In this document: in pieces, positions 16,826-27,662 of the stretch
Numbering within the stretch: position 1 is the first letter of the stretch
Layout of the letters: every line of letters begins with the position of its first letter
From: an uncultured Bacilli bacterium
GTDB lineage: Bacteria > Bacillota_I > Bacilli_A > RF39 > UBA660
Assembly: GCA_947628725.1 (NCBI GenBank)
Contig: CANRAQ010000003.1
Coordinates: 1 to 33,228, forward strand
Length of the DNA: 33,228 nucleotides
Direction of reading: 5' to 3'
The notes under the pieces: model-generated
The model's input: only the letters and a program-made list of their open reading frames with translations
Told to the model about the DNA's origin: nothing
The model's database searches: none
Position numbers and translations under genes: made by a program

Positions 16826-19039
16826 ATGGGACTATATTTTTCGTTATGTACTTTGTTGATATTACTTATATTTTTTATAGCGTTTTTTATAAAAAAGCGT
16901 GCTGAAAATATTGAAACAAAAATTTATGGTATTTTACTTTTTGTTACTATAATTGGATTATTTTTAGAATCTTTAACTGGAATTTGGTATAAGGTTGGGT
17001 TTGATTCTAATAATTTTTTATATAAATTTTTATCAAAGGCAGTTTTATCATATTATATTATATGGAGTTTAGTATATGCGCATTATATAATAAATGTTTG
17101 TAATAATAATAGAAAATTTTTGAAGGTATTAGATATTTTATCTATAATTGCGGTCATATTAACGCTTTCTTTTCCTATAAATTTTTTACAAACTGGAGAT
17201 TCTATTTTGCCACAAGGTCTATGTCTAATATTTCCGTATTCATTTTGTATAATATTTAGTATTATAGATCAGTATTATTGCATTAGATATCATAAGAATG
17301 TAGTAATGAAAAAAATTAGTACTGTTTATATATTTTTAATAATGGGAGCAGTCAACATTGTTTTGCAAATGGTTTTACCGGGGTTGTTTTTGTTAGGCTT
17401 TATATTAGCTTATATGGTCATTATAATGTACTTCACCATTGAAAACCCAGATGTTAAGTTAATTAATCAACTAGAACTTGCCAAAGATCAAGCAGAAAAG
17501 GCAAATCATGCTAAAACAGATTTTTTAAGTAGTATGTCTCATGAAATTAGAACTCCATTAAATGCAATAGTAGGTTTTAGTGAATGTATTGATAGAGCAG
17601 AAACTTTAGAAGAAGCAAAAGAAGATGCTAAAGATATAATAATGGCTTCTCAAAACTTACTTGAAATAGTAAATGGTATACTTGATATAAGTAAAATAGA
17701 AGCAGATAAGATGGAAATAGTAAATAATGAATATAACTTAAAAGAAATACTTCAAAATTTAACTAAATTAATAATTCCTAGAATAGGAGAAAAGGATATA
17801 GAGTTAAAAACATATTTTGCTCCAGATATACCTGATGTATTGTTTGGTGATAGTGGTAAGGTAAAGCAAGTTATAACTAATATACTTACTAATGCTGCTA
17901 AATATACTGAACAAGGTGAAATTAACTTTAAGGTAAATTGTGTAAATGAAAATGATAAATGTAAACTTGTTATATCTGTAAGTGACACAGGTAGAGGAAT
18001 AAAACAAGAACAAATAGATAAATTATTTACCAAATTTCAAAGACTTGATGAAGATAAAAACACTACAGTAGAAGGTACAGGACTAGGACTTGCAATTACA
18101 AAAAGACTTGTTGAAATGATGGGTGGTAAGATAGTTGTACAAAGTGAATATGGTAAAGGATCTACATTTACTATATATTTAAGCCAAGAAATAAGGCATA
18201 ATGTAATATATAAAAATGTTGCTTCTAATAATAATGAAATATTAAAGTATCCTGGTAAAAAGGTATTAGTAGTAGATGATAATAGGTTAAATCTTAAAGT
18301 TGAAACCAAAATTCTTAAAAATTATGATTTAGATATAGAATGTGTTGAAAGTGGATTTGAATCTATTGAAAAAGTTAAAAGTAATAAATATGATATAATT
18401 CTTATGGATATAATGATGCCTAAGATGGGTGGAGTAGAAACGTTGAAAAAATTAAACGAAATAGAGAATTTTTCGACACCTGTTATTGCACTTACTGCAG
18501 ATGCTATACAAGGAAAGGCAAAAAAATATTTGGAAGTAGGATTTAGTGGTTATTTATCTAAACCTATCGATGAAATAGAATTAAGAAATGTACTTTCAAA
18601 ACATTTAGATGGTAGTATAGAAAAGAAAGAAGAAAAAATGGATGTACCTATGGAAAAAGAAGAAAATAACAATAAAATTGATGTCAATTATTTAAAAGAT
18701 AATGATATTGATGTAGATGCTTCTATAGAACTTTTAGGTGACATTGATATGTATAATGATACATTAAAAGATTTTATTACAGAATCTGAAAGTAGAATAC
18801 CTAAAATGAAAGAATATTTAGATAATTCTGATGCTGCTAATTATGCTATATTAGCGCATGCAATGAAAAGTGATAGCAAGTATCTAGGATTTAAAAAATT
18901 AGCAGAGTTATCATTAAATCATGAATTGGAAGGTAAAAATAACAATATATCATATATAAAGGATAATTATGATGAACTTATGAAAGAAGTAAATAGAATT
19001 ATTGAAATAGTAAAGAAATATTTAGAGGAGATGGAATAA
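16826..19039 (+). CDS. Membrane hybrid sensor histidine kinase (multi-TM, HisKA, HATPase, REC, Hpt)
   Basis: About 6-7 hydrophobic segments, then [35 protein letters not shown]...MDIMMP, and AHAMKS (Hpt). Confidence 0.92.
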   Translation: MGLYFSLCTLLILLIFFIAFFIKKRAENIETKIYGILLFVTIIGLFLESLTGIWYKVGFDSNNFLYKFLSKAVLSYYIIWSLVYAHYIINVCNNNRKFLKVLDILSIIAVILTLSFPINFLQTGDSILPQGLCLIFPYSFCIIFSIIDQYYCIRYHKNVVMKKISTVYIFLIMGAVNIVLQMVLPGLFLLGFILAYMVIIMYFTIENPDVKLINQLELAKDQAEKANHAKTDFLSSMSHEIRTPLNAIVGFSECIDRAETLEEAKEDAKDIIMASQNLLEIVNGILDISKIEADKMEIVNNEYNLKEILQNLTKLIIPRIGEKDIELKTYFAPDIPDVLFGDSGKVKQVITNILTNAAKYTEQGEINFKVNCVNENDKCKLVISVSDTGRGIKQEQIDKLFTKFQRLDEDKNTTVEGTGLGLAITKRLVEMMGGKIVVQSEYGKGSTFTIYLSQEIRHNVIYKNVASNNNEILKYPGKKVLVVDDNRLNLKVETKILKNYDLDIECVESGFESIEKVKSNKYDIILMDIMMPKMGGVETLKKLNEIENFSTPVIALTADAIQGKAKKYLEVGFSGYLSKPIDEIELRNVLSKHLDGSIEKKEEKMDVPMEKEENNNKIDVNYLKDNDIDVDASIELLGDIDMYNDTLKDFITESESRIPKMKEYLDNSDAANYAILAHAMKSDSKYLGFKKLAELSLNHELEGKNNNISYIKDNYDELMKEVNRIIEIVKKYLEEME

Positions 19040-19413
19040 TGGATAAGTCAATAATAGTAGCCGATGACTCAGAAATAATAAAAAATATTATAGAAAAAGC
19101 ACTAAGTAGCGAATTTAAAGTATTAAGGGCTTCTAATGGTAGAGAAGCAATCGAATATATTACGAAGGATACTAATAAAAGTATAGTAGGAATGCTTCTT
19201 GATTTAAATATGCCAGAGTATGATGGATTTTATGTATTAAACTATTTTAAAAACAATAATTTATTCAATAGAATACCAGTATCTATAATATCTGGAGATG
19301 ACTCTAAAGACACTATAGATAAAGCATTCACATATAATATAGTAGATATGCTAAACAAACCTTTTTCAATTGAAAATGTAAGAGGAATTGTTGGTAAAAT
19401 GTTAAATAAATAA
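19039..19413 (+). CDS. Single-domain response regulator (receiver only)
   Basis: IVADDS, LLDLNMP, KPF. Its start overlaps the kinase stop codon. Confidence 0.9.
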   Translation: MDKSIIVADDSEIIKNIIEKALSSEFKVLRASNGREAIEYITKDTNKSIVGMLLDLNMPEYDGFYVLNYFKNNNLFNRIPVSIISGDDSKDTIDKAFTYNIVDMLNKPFSIENVRGIVGKMLNK

Positions 19414-19437
19414 TCCTTAGAAATTCTAGGGATTTTT
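19412..19437 (+). terminator. Rho-independent terminator
   Basis: AATCCTTAGA-AAT-TCTAGGGATT plus a T run. Confidence 0.6.
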
Positions 19438-19496
19438 GCTAATATTGACTTTTAATATACATTTGATATAATAAAAATAATTTTAGGGGGACATAT

Positions 19497-20060
19497 ATGA
19501 AAAAAGATATGAATAATCAAAAATTAAAATTAATATTAGAAGAAATAAAAAAATTAATAGATGAATATAATGCTTTAAGTAATGAAAAATTATCTCTTTC
19601 AACTGAATTTATGAAACAAGATGTAAGTGATATATATGTATGTGTTTATAATGAAAATAGTGAAAGTGATCATATTGGATTATTTAGATCAATAGATTGG
19701 TTTTCAAATTATATGGAAGTTGAAAATCCTTATAATCTTCCAATTTATAGTTATGATTCAGGAAATCTTTATATCAGTTTAGATTCAAAATTTATAGCTG
19801 TTAGAAAGATACATGAAAACATTTATAAGGTAAATAGATGGCAACAAATGGGAACTAAACATATTATAAATGGTGAACCTTATGTGTGTAATTGCAATAT
19901 AAAGGAAGTTATGAAATTTGATGATCTTAGAGATATAATGTATAACGAAAAAATAATTAAAATATATGAACCTGGTAAGGCTAGTACTGATGAGATGGAA
20001 GAAACATTAGAGTATGCATCTAAATATTTTAATCTTAATGAAAAATATAAAGTATTATAA
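19497..20060 (+). CDS. Hypothetical protein
   Basis: 187-aa ORF with an AGGGGG RBS, an upstream TTGACT/TATAAT promoter and a downstream hairpin (20074-20099). Confidence 0.7.
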   Translation: MKKDMNNQKLKLILEEIKKLIDEYNALSNEKLSLSTEFMKQDVSDIYVCVYNENSESDHIGLFRSIDWFSNYMEVENPYNLPIYSYDSGNLYISLDSKFIAVRKIHENIYKVNRWQQMGTKHIINGEPYVCNCNIKEVMKFDDLRDIMYNEKIIKIYEPGKASTDEMEETLEYASKYFNLNEKYKVL

Positions 20061-20164
20061 AATTAATTTAACTAGTTCTGCTTATAGTAGAACTTTTTTA
20101 TATAAATAATATTGATTGCTTAAAAGTATTAAATGTGTTATTATTATACGAGGAAGTGATTTTT

Positions 20165-21589
20165 ATGAATTTACCAAATTTAAAAGAAGCAAAAATTAGA
20201 ACAAAAAATGATATTAAGATAATAAAGGATGCATATGAAATACCTGAAACTATGAAAAATATAGGAAAGGGTAAAAAATATTATTTAAAAACATATGGAT
20301 GTCAAATGAATGTTCATGATAGTGAAAATATAAAAGCTATATTAGAGGATATGGGTTTTAAAGAAACAGACAATTTAGATAAATCAGATATAATACTTTT
20401 AAATACATGCGCAATAAGAGAAAATGCTCATAATAAAATGTTTGGCTTTTTAGGTAGAGTAAAGCATCTTAAAGAAAGTAATCCAAATATAATATGTGGT
20501 ATATGTGGTTGCATGGCTCAAGAAGAAAGCGTTGTAAATGATATAAAAAGTAAATATAAATGGGTAGATATAGTATTTGGAACACATAATATACATAAAC
20601 TTCCTAGTATACTTGAAGAGTCATTAAAGGAAAAAAGACAAGAAATAGAAGTATATAGTATAGAAGGAGATGTCTACGAAAATATTCCAGTTAAAAGGGA
20701 TTCAAAATATAAGGCATGGGTAAATATAATGTATGGATGTGATAAATTTTGTACATATTGTATAGTCCCATATACTAGAGGTAAACAAAGAAGTAGAATG
20801 CCTGAAGATATAATTAGTGAAGTTAAAAAATTAGTTAGTGATGGATATAAAGAGGTTACATTGCTAGGACAAAATGTAAATGCTTATGGTAAAGATTTAA
20901 ATATTGATTACACTATGGGTGATTTACTTGAAGATGTTGCTAAAACTGGTATAGATAGATTAAGATTTGTAACATCACACCCTTGGGATTTTGATGATAA
21001 AATGATAGATATAATTGCAAAATATCCAAATATTATGCCATATATACACCTACCACTTCAATCAGGAAGTGATAGAATATTAAAGTTAATGGGAAGAAGA
21101 TATACTAAAGAAAAGTATATAGAATTATTTAATAAGATCAAAAATAAAGTACCAAATTGTTCTATAACTACTGATATTATAGTTGCATTTCCTGGTGAAA
21201 CTTTAAAAGATTTTAATGATACATTAGATGTAGTAAATACATGTAAGTTTGATTCTGCATTTACATTTATTTTTTCGCCTAGAGTAGGAACACCAGCTGC
21301 TTTGATGGAAAATAATTTAACAGAAGATGAAAAAAATGATAGGCTATATAAATTGAACGATATGATAAATAAATATGCTAATGAAGCAAATCAAAAATAT
21401 TTAAATAAAATAGTTCCTGTTTTATTAGAAGATTATAGTAAAAAAGATAAAAATTTGATGGGATATACAGATACTATGAAACTTGTAAATGTAAAATGTG
21501 ATAAAAAATATTTAGGAAAAATAGTAAATGTTAAAATAACAAGTGTAAACACATGGAGTTTAGATGGAAAATTTCAGAAAATTAAATAA
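20165..21589 (+). CDS. miaB: tRNA-2-methylthio-N6-dimethylallyladenosine synthase MiaB
   Basis: TYGCQMNVHDSE, NTCAIRENA, GCMAQ, radical SAM CDKFCTYC, LLGQNVNAYG, C-terminal TRAM domain. Confidence 0.95.
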   Translation: MNLPNLKEAKIRTKNDIKIIKDAYEIPETMKNIGKGKKYYLKTYGCQMNVHDSENIKAILEDMGFKETDNLDKSDIILLNTCAIRENAHNKMFGFLGRVKHLKESNPNIICGICGCMAQEESVVNDIKSKYKWVDIVFGTHNIHKLPSILEESLKEKRQEIEVYSIEGDVYENIPVKRDSKYKAWVNIMYGCDKFCTYCIVPYTRGKQRSRMPEDIISEVKKLVSDGYKEVTLLGQNVNAYGKDLNIDYTMGDLLEDVAKTGIDRLRFVTSHPWDFDDKMIDIIAKYPNIMPYIHLPLQSGSDRILKLMGRRYTKEKYIELFNKIKNKVPNCSITTDIIVAFPGETLKDFNDTLDVVNTCKFDSAFTFIFSPRVGTPAALMENNLTEDEKNDRLYKLNDMINKYANEANQKYLNKIVPVLLEDYSKKDKNLMGYTDTMKLVNVKCDKKYLGKIVNVKITSVNTWSLDGKFQKIK

Positions 21590-21646
21590 TAATATACTTT
21601 TTTTAAAAAATTGTGATATAATTAAGTAGTGAATAGGAGTGAAGTT

Positions 21647-22834
21647 ATGAAATGTGTGAAGTGTGGAGCTGATATAGCAGACACAGCAAAGTTTTGTGGT
21701 TACTGTGGTAATCCAGTTGAAGTAGATTCAAGTAGTGAAGTAGTTAATGAAGTTCAACCAGATATGACAACTCAAGAACCTGTACAACAAGTTCAAACAG
21801 ATATACCAACTCAAGATGTACAATTAGAATCTCAAAATGTAGTAGGTGATACTGTACAACAAGTACAAAATACAGTAGAACAACCTATACCAAGCTATAC
21901 TGTAAATGATAGCAATAGTTCAAAAGGAAACAAAAATAATAAAGGATTATTTATAGCCTTAGGATGTGCTTTAGCAGTTATAGCAGTAGTATTAGTATCA
22001 TTTGCTTTATTTAAATCAAATTCAAATTCAGTTGATGCATTAAATAAAGCAGTAGCTAATTTAAATAGTAAAGGTGCTGATAGTGCTACTATAAAATTAG
22101 AAGCAAATATTGAAGCAAGTGAAATGGGAAGCGTTAAACTTTCATTGGAATCAAAAGCTGCTAAAGTTAATGATCAGTACTTAGTAGAAGTAAAATTAAA
22201 TAAAAATATAATTACAGATGAAATTAGTATGTTTATGTCATTTGATAAAGATAATGCAAAAGTATATGTACCATCATCATTTATTAATTTGATTGCTGGT
22301 GATGAAACTGATACTGTAGAAAACAAATGGTATAATTATACTATGAGTTTATCTGAATTAGGTTTAAATTTATCAGATTTAGAAAGTGAATCTGACACAG
22401 ATTTTGATTTTTCAAGTATAATTGATCAAAAACATTTTGTATATGTAGATTCAAGTAATAATTCTAATCATTATCAACTTAAAATAGATAAAGAATTAAT
22501 AGAAAAAATAAAAACTAAAGCAAGTAATGAATTAGATGCTGAAGATAAAGAAATGCTTGATTCAGTAGATACTAGTGAATTAGATGGTATGGAACCAATT
22601 ATATTAGATTTTTATATAACTAAAGATAATCAATTAGAAAAAATATCTATAGATTTAGCTAAATATATGGATAGTGAAGATGTTTCTAAAGCCGAGATAT
22701 CAATTAGTTTTGTAGATTTAGGTTCAACTGTAGTAACAATACCTGATGAAGCATTAAATTCAAAAGATTCTCTAGAAGACTATATTGGTAGTATGTCTAG
22801 TGATGATTACTCTATTGAAGATTATGAATTTTAA
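21647..22834 (+). CDS. Zinc-ribbon membrane-anchored protein
   Basis: CVKCG...FCGYCG, a Q/V-rich linker, a single TM segment and an acidic C-terminal domain. Confidence 0.75.
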   Translation: MKCVKCGADIADTAKFCGYCGNPVEVDSSSEVVNEVQPDMTTQEPVQQVQTDIPTQDVQLESQNVVGDTVQQVQNTVEQPIPSYTVNDSNSSKGNKNNKGLFIALGCALAVIAVVLVSFALFKSNSNSVDALNKAVANLNSKGADSATIKLEANIEASEMGSVKLSLESKAAKVNDQYLVEVKLNKNIITDEISMFMSFDKDNAKVYVPSSFINLIAGDETDTVENKWYNYTMSLSELGLNLSDLESESDTDFDFSSIIDQKHFVYVDSSNNSNHYQLKIDKELIEKIKTKASNELDAEDKEMLDSVDTSELDGMEPIILDFYITKDNQLEKISIDLAKYMDSEDVSKAEISISFVDLGSTVVTIPDEALNSKDSLEDYIGSMSSDDYSIEDYEF

Positions 22835-22836
22835 TA

Positions 22837-22866
22837 TAAAACCTTCGATTATATATCGAGGGTTTT
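22837..22866 (+). terminator. Rho-independent terminator
   Basis: AAAACCTTCGAT-TATAT-ATCGAGGGTTTT. Confidence 0.65.
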
Positions 22867-22942
22867 AATATATTTAAAATATTAATTCCATAAATATCAT
22901 TTTTATTAATTAAATTCATATATTAAATTGAGGAGTGATTTT

Positions 22943-23473
22943 ATGGCATTATATAAGGAGATAGTCACTAAAGCTGTCATTGGTAAAGGTAAAAAATATT
23001 TTAAAGATAATTATAATATAACTACAGAAAATGTTCCAACTACTATATTAGGGTGTTGGGTTATCAATCATAAATTTAAAGGTTATAAAACTAATGATAG
23101 AATAGGTGTAAGTGGGTCATATGATGTAAATATATGGTATTCATATGATAACGATTCTAAAACTACTGTTGTAAGTAAAAATATTTCATACAATGATTTA
23201 TTCAATGTTAAACTTAAAGAAAATGCAGATTTATCTAGTGATACAGATATAATTGTAAGAACATTAAAACAACCAAGTTGTCTTGGAGTTAATTCTAATG
23301 AAAAAACTATATCATTCGACATTGAAAAAGAATTAGGTGTAGAAGTAGTAGGTGAAACAAAAGTAAAAATTGCTGTAGAAGAAGATGAAGAACCATGGGA
23401 TGAAATAGAGGATGAATTAACTGATAAAGATATAGAAGATATAGATAAAGTAGATGACAATTTTATAAAATAG
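22943..23473 (+). CDS. cotE: Outer spore coat morphogenetic protein CotE
   Basis: YKEIVTKAVIGKGKK, ILGCWVINH, GSYDVNIWYSY, EVVGETK and an acidic tail match CotE. It lies downstream of miaB, as in Bacillus. Confidence 0.9.
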   Translation: MALYKEIVTKAVIGKGKKYFKDNYNITTENVPTTILGCWVINHKFKGYKTNDRIGVSGSYDVNIWYSYDNDSKTTVVSKNISYNDLFNVKLKENADLSSDTDIIVRTLKQPSCLGVNSNEKTISFDIEKELGVEVVGETKVKIAVEEDEEPWDEIEDELTDKDIEDIDKVDDNFIK

Positions 23474-23535
23474 TACTATTGTACTTTTTTTCTTTTTATG
23501 ATAGTATATTTACTTGTGTATGAAAGGATGTTAAC

Positions 23536-24033
23536 ATGAATAAATTAGGCATTAATGAATATAAATTGAATGATATTGAAAAGCAAATAATAAAGTTAAA
23601 ATTAGACTTGATAGATTATTATTTTACCTTTAATAATGAACAGTTGGATTTTAAATTTTTGAATGATTTACATAAATTTCTTTTTGGGGATTTTTATTTT
23701 GATTCACAATTAGGTACAAGGAAAATTGAAATTCCTGAAGAAGAATTAATAGAAGAAATATTAATAAAATTAAATTATTTATGTCTAGGTGGAGAAAAGA
23801 ATATAGAAGAAATATTATCACTATTAAAAGAATTATGGAAGATGCAACCATTTATTTTAGGAAATACTAGAACTTTAGTTGCCTTCTTAAAAATAATAAA
23901 TAATATATACTTATTAGGATTAGAAATAGATTCAGATATAAAAATAAAAAGTTGTCCTAAAATGTTTGAATTAAACAATTTTGTTAACCAAAAAAGGTTG
24001 ACAAAACAAAAAAACTTTGTTAATATTATATAG
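23536..24033 (+). CDS. Degenerate Fic-domain protein
   Basis: [10 protein letters not shown] and [10 protein letters not shown], compared with the Fic consensus HPFxxGNGR. Confidence 0.6.
   Translation: MNKLGINEYKLNDIEKQIIKLKLDLIDYYFTFNNEQLDFKFLNDLHKFLFGDFYFDSQLGTRKIEIPEEELIEEILIKLNYLCLGGEKNIEEILSLLKELWKMQPFILGNTRTLVAFLKIINNIYLLGLEIDSDIKIKSCPKMFELNNFVNQKRLTKQKNFVNII
23998..24026 (+). promoter_or_regulatory. sigmaA promoter for rpsP, inside the 3' end of the upstream ORF
   Basis: TTGACA-17 nt-TAATAT with an extended TG. Confidence 0.6.
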
Positions 24034-24050
24034 ATGAATGGAGGTGCTTT

Positions 24051-24335
24051 ATGGCAGTTAAAATGAGATTAAAAAGAATGGGTGCTAAAAAAAGACCATT
24101 TTATCGTATTGTAGTAGCAGATTCAAGATTCCCAAGAGATGGAAGATTTATTGAAGAAATAGGATATTATAATCCAATCGAAAATCCTGCAATTGTTAAA
24201 TTAGATAAAGATTTAGCGCTTAAATGGTTAAATGAAGGGGCAACACCTACAGATACAGTAAGAGATATATTAAGTAAAGAAGGAATTATGAAAGAATTCC
24301 ATGAATCTAAAAGTAAAAAAAAGAGTGGTAAATAA
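24051..24335 (+). CDS. rpsP: 30S ribosomal protein S16
   Basis: [42 protein letters not shown]. Confidence 0.98.
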   Translation: MAVKMRLKRMGAKKRPFYRIVVADSRFPRDGRFIEEIGYYNPIENPAIVKLDKDLALKWLNEGATPTDTVRDILSKEGIMKEFHESKSKKKSGK

Positions 24336-24337
24336 TT

Positions 24338-24580
24338 ATGGAATTAGTTAGTTTAACAGAATATTTAGTAAAACAATTACTACCAGATGTAGAAAAAGTA
24401 GTTGTAAATAAAATAGATTCTAATGAAGATGTTGTCATTCAAGTTTTAGTTCCTAATGAATATATGAGCATTATAATTGGTAAAGGTGGAAGTATTGCTA
24501 ATTCAATACGCACTATAGTCCAAGCAGCTGCTTATGTAAAAAAATTAGGAAGAGTTAGAATAAATATAGATTCATTGTAA
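24338..24580 (+). CDS. khpA: KH-domain RNA-binding protein KhpA
   Basis: 80 aa, IIGKGG KH motif, canonical position after rpsP. Confidence 0.85.
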   Translation: MELVSLTEYLVKQLLPDVEKVVVNKIDSNEDVVIQVLVPNEYMSIIIGKGGSIANSIRTIVQAAAYVKKLGRVRINIDSL

Positions 24581-24670
24581 AATTGGAGTTTTCCAATTTT
24601 TTTTGTCTATTTTGTTCAAATTTATTGTAATAAAAGTTTAGATATAATATAATAATAAGTAGGTGATAGA

Positions 24671-25465
24671 ATGAAGAAAAGGGTACTAAGTGCTATAGTT
24701 GCGTTTTTAATATTTATACCAATATTTTTAATAGGAGGTACTTTATTTAATGTAGCTTTTTATATTGTTACAATTCTAGGAATAAGAGAATTTATGAAAA
24801 TAAGGGATAAGAAAATACCTGATTTTATAAGATTTATAGTATATTTATTAATTACATTAATTTATTTTAGTAATACACTAAATAATGATTTAAGTTTTAA
24901 TATAGATTATAGACTAATATCTAGTTTATTTATAGTGATTTTACTTCCTGTAGTATTATATCATGATGATAAAGTATATGGCGTTTTAGATGCATTTTAC
25001 TTACTTGGTGGATTACTATTTTTAAGTTTTTCTATGTCACTTTTCTACTTATATAGGTCTATAGGATTAAATTTATTAGTATATTTATTAATAATTACAA
25101 TAATTACAGATTCATATGCTTACTTTATAGGTAGACTTATAGGTAAAAATAAATTACTTGAAGTAATTTCACCTAATAAGACACTAGAAGGTACAATAGG
25201 TGGAAGTTTAGTTGGAACTTTTGTTGGAGTAATGTATTATATAACTTTTGTATCAAATACAGTTAATATATTTAAATTAATAATAATATCATTATTTTTA
25301 AGTATAGTAGGACAGTTGGGAGATTTATTTTTCTCAGCAATTAAAAGAAAATATAATATAAAAGATTTTTCAAATATAATGCCTGGACATGGTGGAATTT
25401 TAGATAGATTGGATAGTATTATATTTGTTATGTTAGCATTTACATTTATAATAACAAAATTATAA
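24671..25465 (+). CDS. cdsA: Phosphatidate cytidylyltransferase
   Basis: DSYAYFIG, ISPNKTLEG, GDLFFSAIKR, KDFSNIMPGHGGILDRLDS. Confidence 0.95.
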   Translation: MKKRVLSAIVAFLIFIPIFLIGGTLFNVAFYIVTILGIREFMKIRDKKIPDFIRFIVYLLITLIYFSNTLNNDLSFNIDYRLISSLFIVILLPVVLYHDDKVYGVLDAFYLLGGLLFLSFSMSLFYLYRSIGLNLLVYLLIITIITDSYAYFIGRLIGKNKLLEVISPNKTLEGTIGGSLVGTFVGVMYYITFVSNTVNIFKLIIISLFLSIVGQLGDLFFSAIKRKYNIKDFSNIMPGHGGILDRLDSIIFVMLAFTFIITKL

Positions 25466-25480
25466 TTAGAGGGAGATATT

Positions 25481-26752
25481 ATGACTATAATATATTTTAT
25501 ATTAATATTAGGTATTACGGTTTTTATACATGAATTTGGACACTTTATATTTGCTAAAAAATTTGGAGTACATGTATATGAATTTTCTATAGGTATGGGG
25601 CCAAAATTATTTAAATTCAAAAGAAAAAACGACGAGACAGATTATTGTATTAGACTTCTTCCTATCGGAGGATTTGTTCAAATGGCTGGTGAAGAAGTAG
25701 AAGTAGATGAAAACATACCAGAAGATAAAAGATTAGGTTCTAAACCAGCTTTACAAAGACTTATCATAATGGTTGCTGGTGTAATGATGAATTTTTTACT
25801 TGCAATAGTTTTATTATTTTTTATAGGACTATTTAATACAGTTTCTACTAATAATGTTTATATTGATGATAGTACATTAAAAGGTATTTCTGATGGCGAT
25901 AAGATAGTAAAAATAAATGGACATTTTGTAAATAATTATGATAAATTAGCGCTTGAAATGTCAATAGCAGAAGATAATGATTTTGAAATGACTGTAAAAG
26001 ATAAAAATGGTAAAGAAAAAGTTGTAACAGTTAATCCTATAGCTGTAGGAGAGTCAAATTTAATATATGGATATGATTATGGATTTAAGATTGCATCAGA
26101 TGATGGCAACTTAATAGTAGATGAATCAGAAATAAAAGATTTAAAAGATGGTTCAAAAATTATATCTATAGATGGTAAAGAAATATCAGATTATACTGAA
26201 CTATTAAAAACTTTAGATAATATAAGTGATAAATTTGTTTTAGGATATGAAGATGCAAAGGGTAATGACGATACTATCGTAATTGATATAAAAGAAAATA
26301 AAGATGATACTTTGAATGGATACAGTTACGGATTTTATATAACTGGAACAAAGGAAAAAGGATTTTTTGCTGCTATAAAATATGCTTTTCTTAAATTCTT
26401 CAGTACTATTGAACAAATGATATTTACAGTATTCTATTTAATAACTGGAAAAATAAGTTTAAGCATGATGGCAGGACCTGTTGGAATATATAATGTTGTA
26501 AGTGTATATTCACAATATGGAATAAGTCAGATAATTTCACTTCTATGTTTAATATGTATAAATGTAGGATTTATAAATATTTTACCATTACCTGCATTTG
26601 ATGGGGGACATGTATTATTTATAATAATAGAAAAAATAAGAGGAAAAAAAGTTGATCCGAAAGTTGAAAATATAGTACATAATATAGGATTTATACTTCT
26701 TATGATATTGATGGTAATAATAACATATAATGATATATTAAGGTTGTTTTAG
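25481..26752 (+). CDS. rseP: RIP metalloprotease RseP/RasP (site-2 protease)
   Basis: HEFGH, FSIGMGP, LPIGGFV, PDZ-like middle region, NILPLPAFDGG. Confidence 0.93.
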   Translation: MTIIYFILILGITVFIHEFGHFIFAKKFGVHVYEFSIGMGPKLFKFKRKNDETDYCIRLLPIGGFVQMAGEEVEVDENIPEDKRLGSKPALQRLIIMVAGVMMNFLLAIVLLFFIGLFNTVSTNNVYIDDSTLKGISDGDKIVKINGHFVNNYDKLALEMSIAEDNDFEMTVKDKNGKEKVVTVNPIAVGESNLIYGYDYGFKIASDDGNLIVDESEIKDLKDGSKIISIDGKEISDYTELLKTLDNISDKFVLGYEDAKGNDDTIVIDIKENKDDTLNGYSYGFYITGTKEKGFFAAIKYAFLKFFSTIEQMIFTVFYLITGKISLSMMAGPVGIYNVVSVYSQYGISQIISLLCLICINVGFINILPLPAFDGGHVLFIIIEKIRGKKVDPKVENIVHNIGFILLMILMVIITYNDILRLF

Positions 26753-26762
26753 GAGAGGTTTT

Positions 26763-27662
26763 ATGCTTAAAGTAGAAAATATTACAAAATATTATGGAGA
26801 TTTTAAAGCTGTTGATGATCTATCATTTACAGTAAATAACGGAGAAATATTTGGACTTCTTGGTGTGAATGGAGCCGGTAAAACCACTACATTTAGAATG
26901 ATAATGGGTTTACTTGATATAACCAGTGGGCAAATAACATTAGATGGTAAGAAGATAGATTATAATTTAAGTAATGAAATAGGTTTTTTAACTGAAGAAA
27001 GAAGTTTACTTACAAAATTAACCGTAAAAGAGCAAGCAATATATTTTGGTACTTTAAAAGGTATGAGTGAAGATAAAATATTGGAAAGACTAGATTATTT
27101 GTTAGATAAATTTCAAATATCAGAATATAAAGATAAAAAAATTAAAGAATTATCTAAAGGTAATCAACAAAAAATACAATTTATAACTGCAATATTACAT
27201 GAGCCAAAGTTACTTATATTAGATGAACCATTTTCAGGATTAGATCCACTTAATATTGAATTATTTAAAGAACAAATAATCGCGCTTTCAAAAAAGGGTA
27301 GTAAAATTATATTTTCTTCTCACAGAATGGATCATGTTGAACTTTTCTGTAAAAAACTTGTTATATTAGTAAATGGTAAAACAGTTTTATCTGGAAATAT
27401 TAAAGATATAAAAGAACAATATATGAAGAAAAATATAATAATAAAAGGTGACATTGATATAGATAAATTAAAATCTATCAAAGGTGTTGAAAGTGTAATA
27501 GAAAAAGCAGATGAATATGAAGTTAAAATTAGTTCAATAGATTATGTAAAAGATGTTTTTAAATATGTATCTAAATGTGATAATATAATGAAATTTGTTG
27601 TAGAAGAACCAAGCTTAAATGAAATATTTATATCAAAAGTAGGAGAAAAATATGAAAAGTAA
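26763..27662 (+). CDS. ABC exporter ATP-binding protein (NatA/YhaQ-like)
   Basis: GVNGAGKTT, LSKGNQQK, LILDEPFSGLD. Confidence 0.9.
   Translation: MLKVENITKYYGDFKAVDDLSFTVNNGEIFGLLGVNGAGKTTTFRMIMGLLDITSGQITLDGKKIDYNLSNEIGFLTEERSLLTKLTVKEQAIYFGTLKGMSEDKILERLDYLLDKFQISEYKDKKIKELSKGNQQKIQFITAILHEPKLLILDEPFSGLDPLNIELFKEQIIALSKKGSKIIFSSHRMDHVELFCKKLVILVNGKTVLSGNIKDIKEQYMKKNIIIKGDIDIDKLKSIKGVESVIEKADEYEVKISSIDYVKDVFKYVSKCDNIMKFVVEEPSLNEIFISKVGEKYEK

Noticed and set aside
21749-21825. Short imperfect repeat (VQPDMTTQE / VQTDIPTQD) in the zinc-ribbon protein
   Set aside because: It is an ordinary low-complexity linker duplication.
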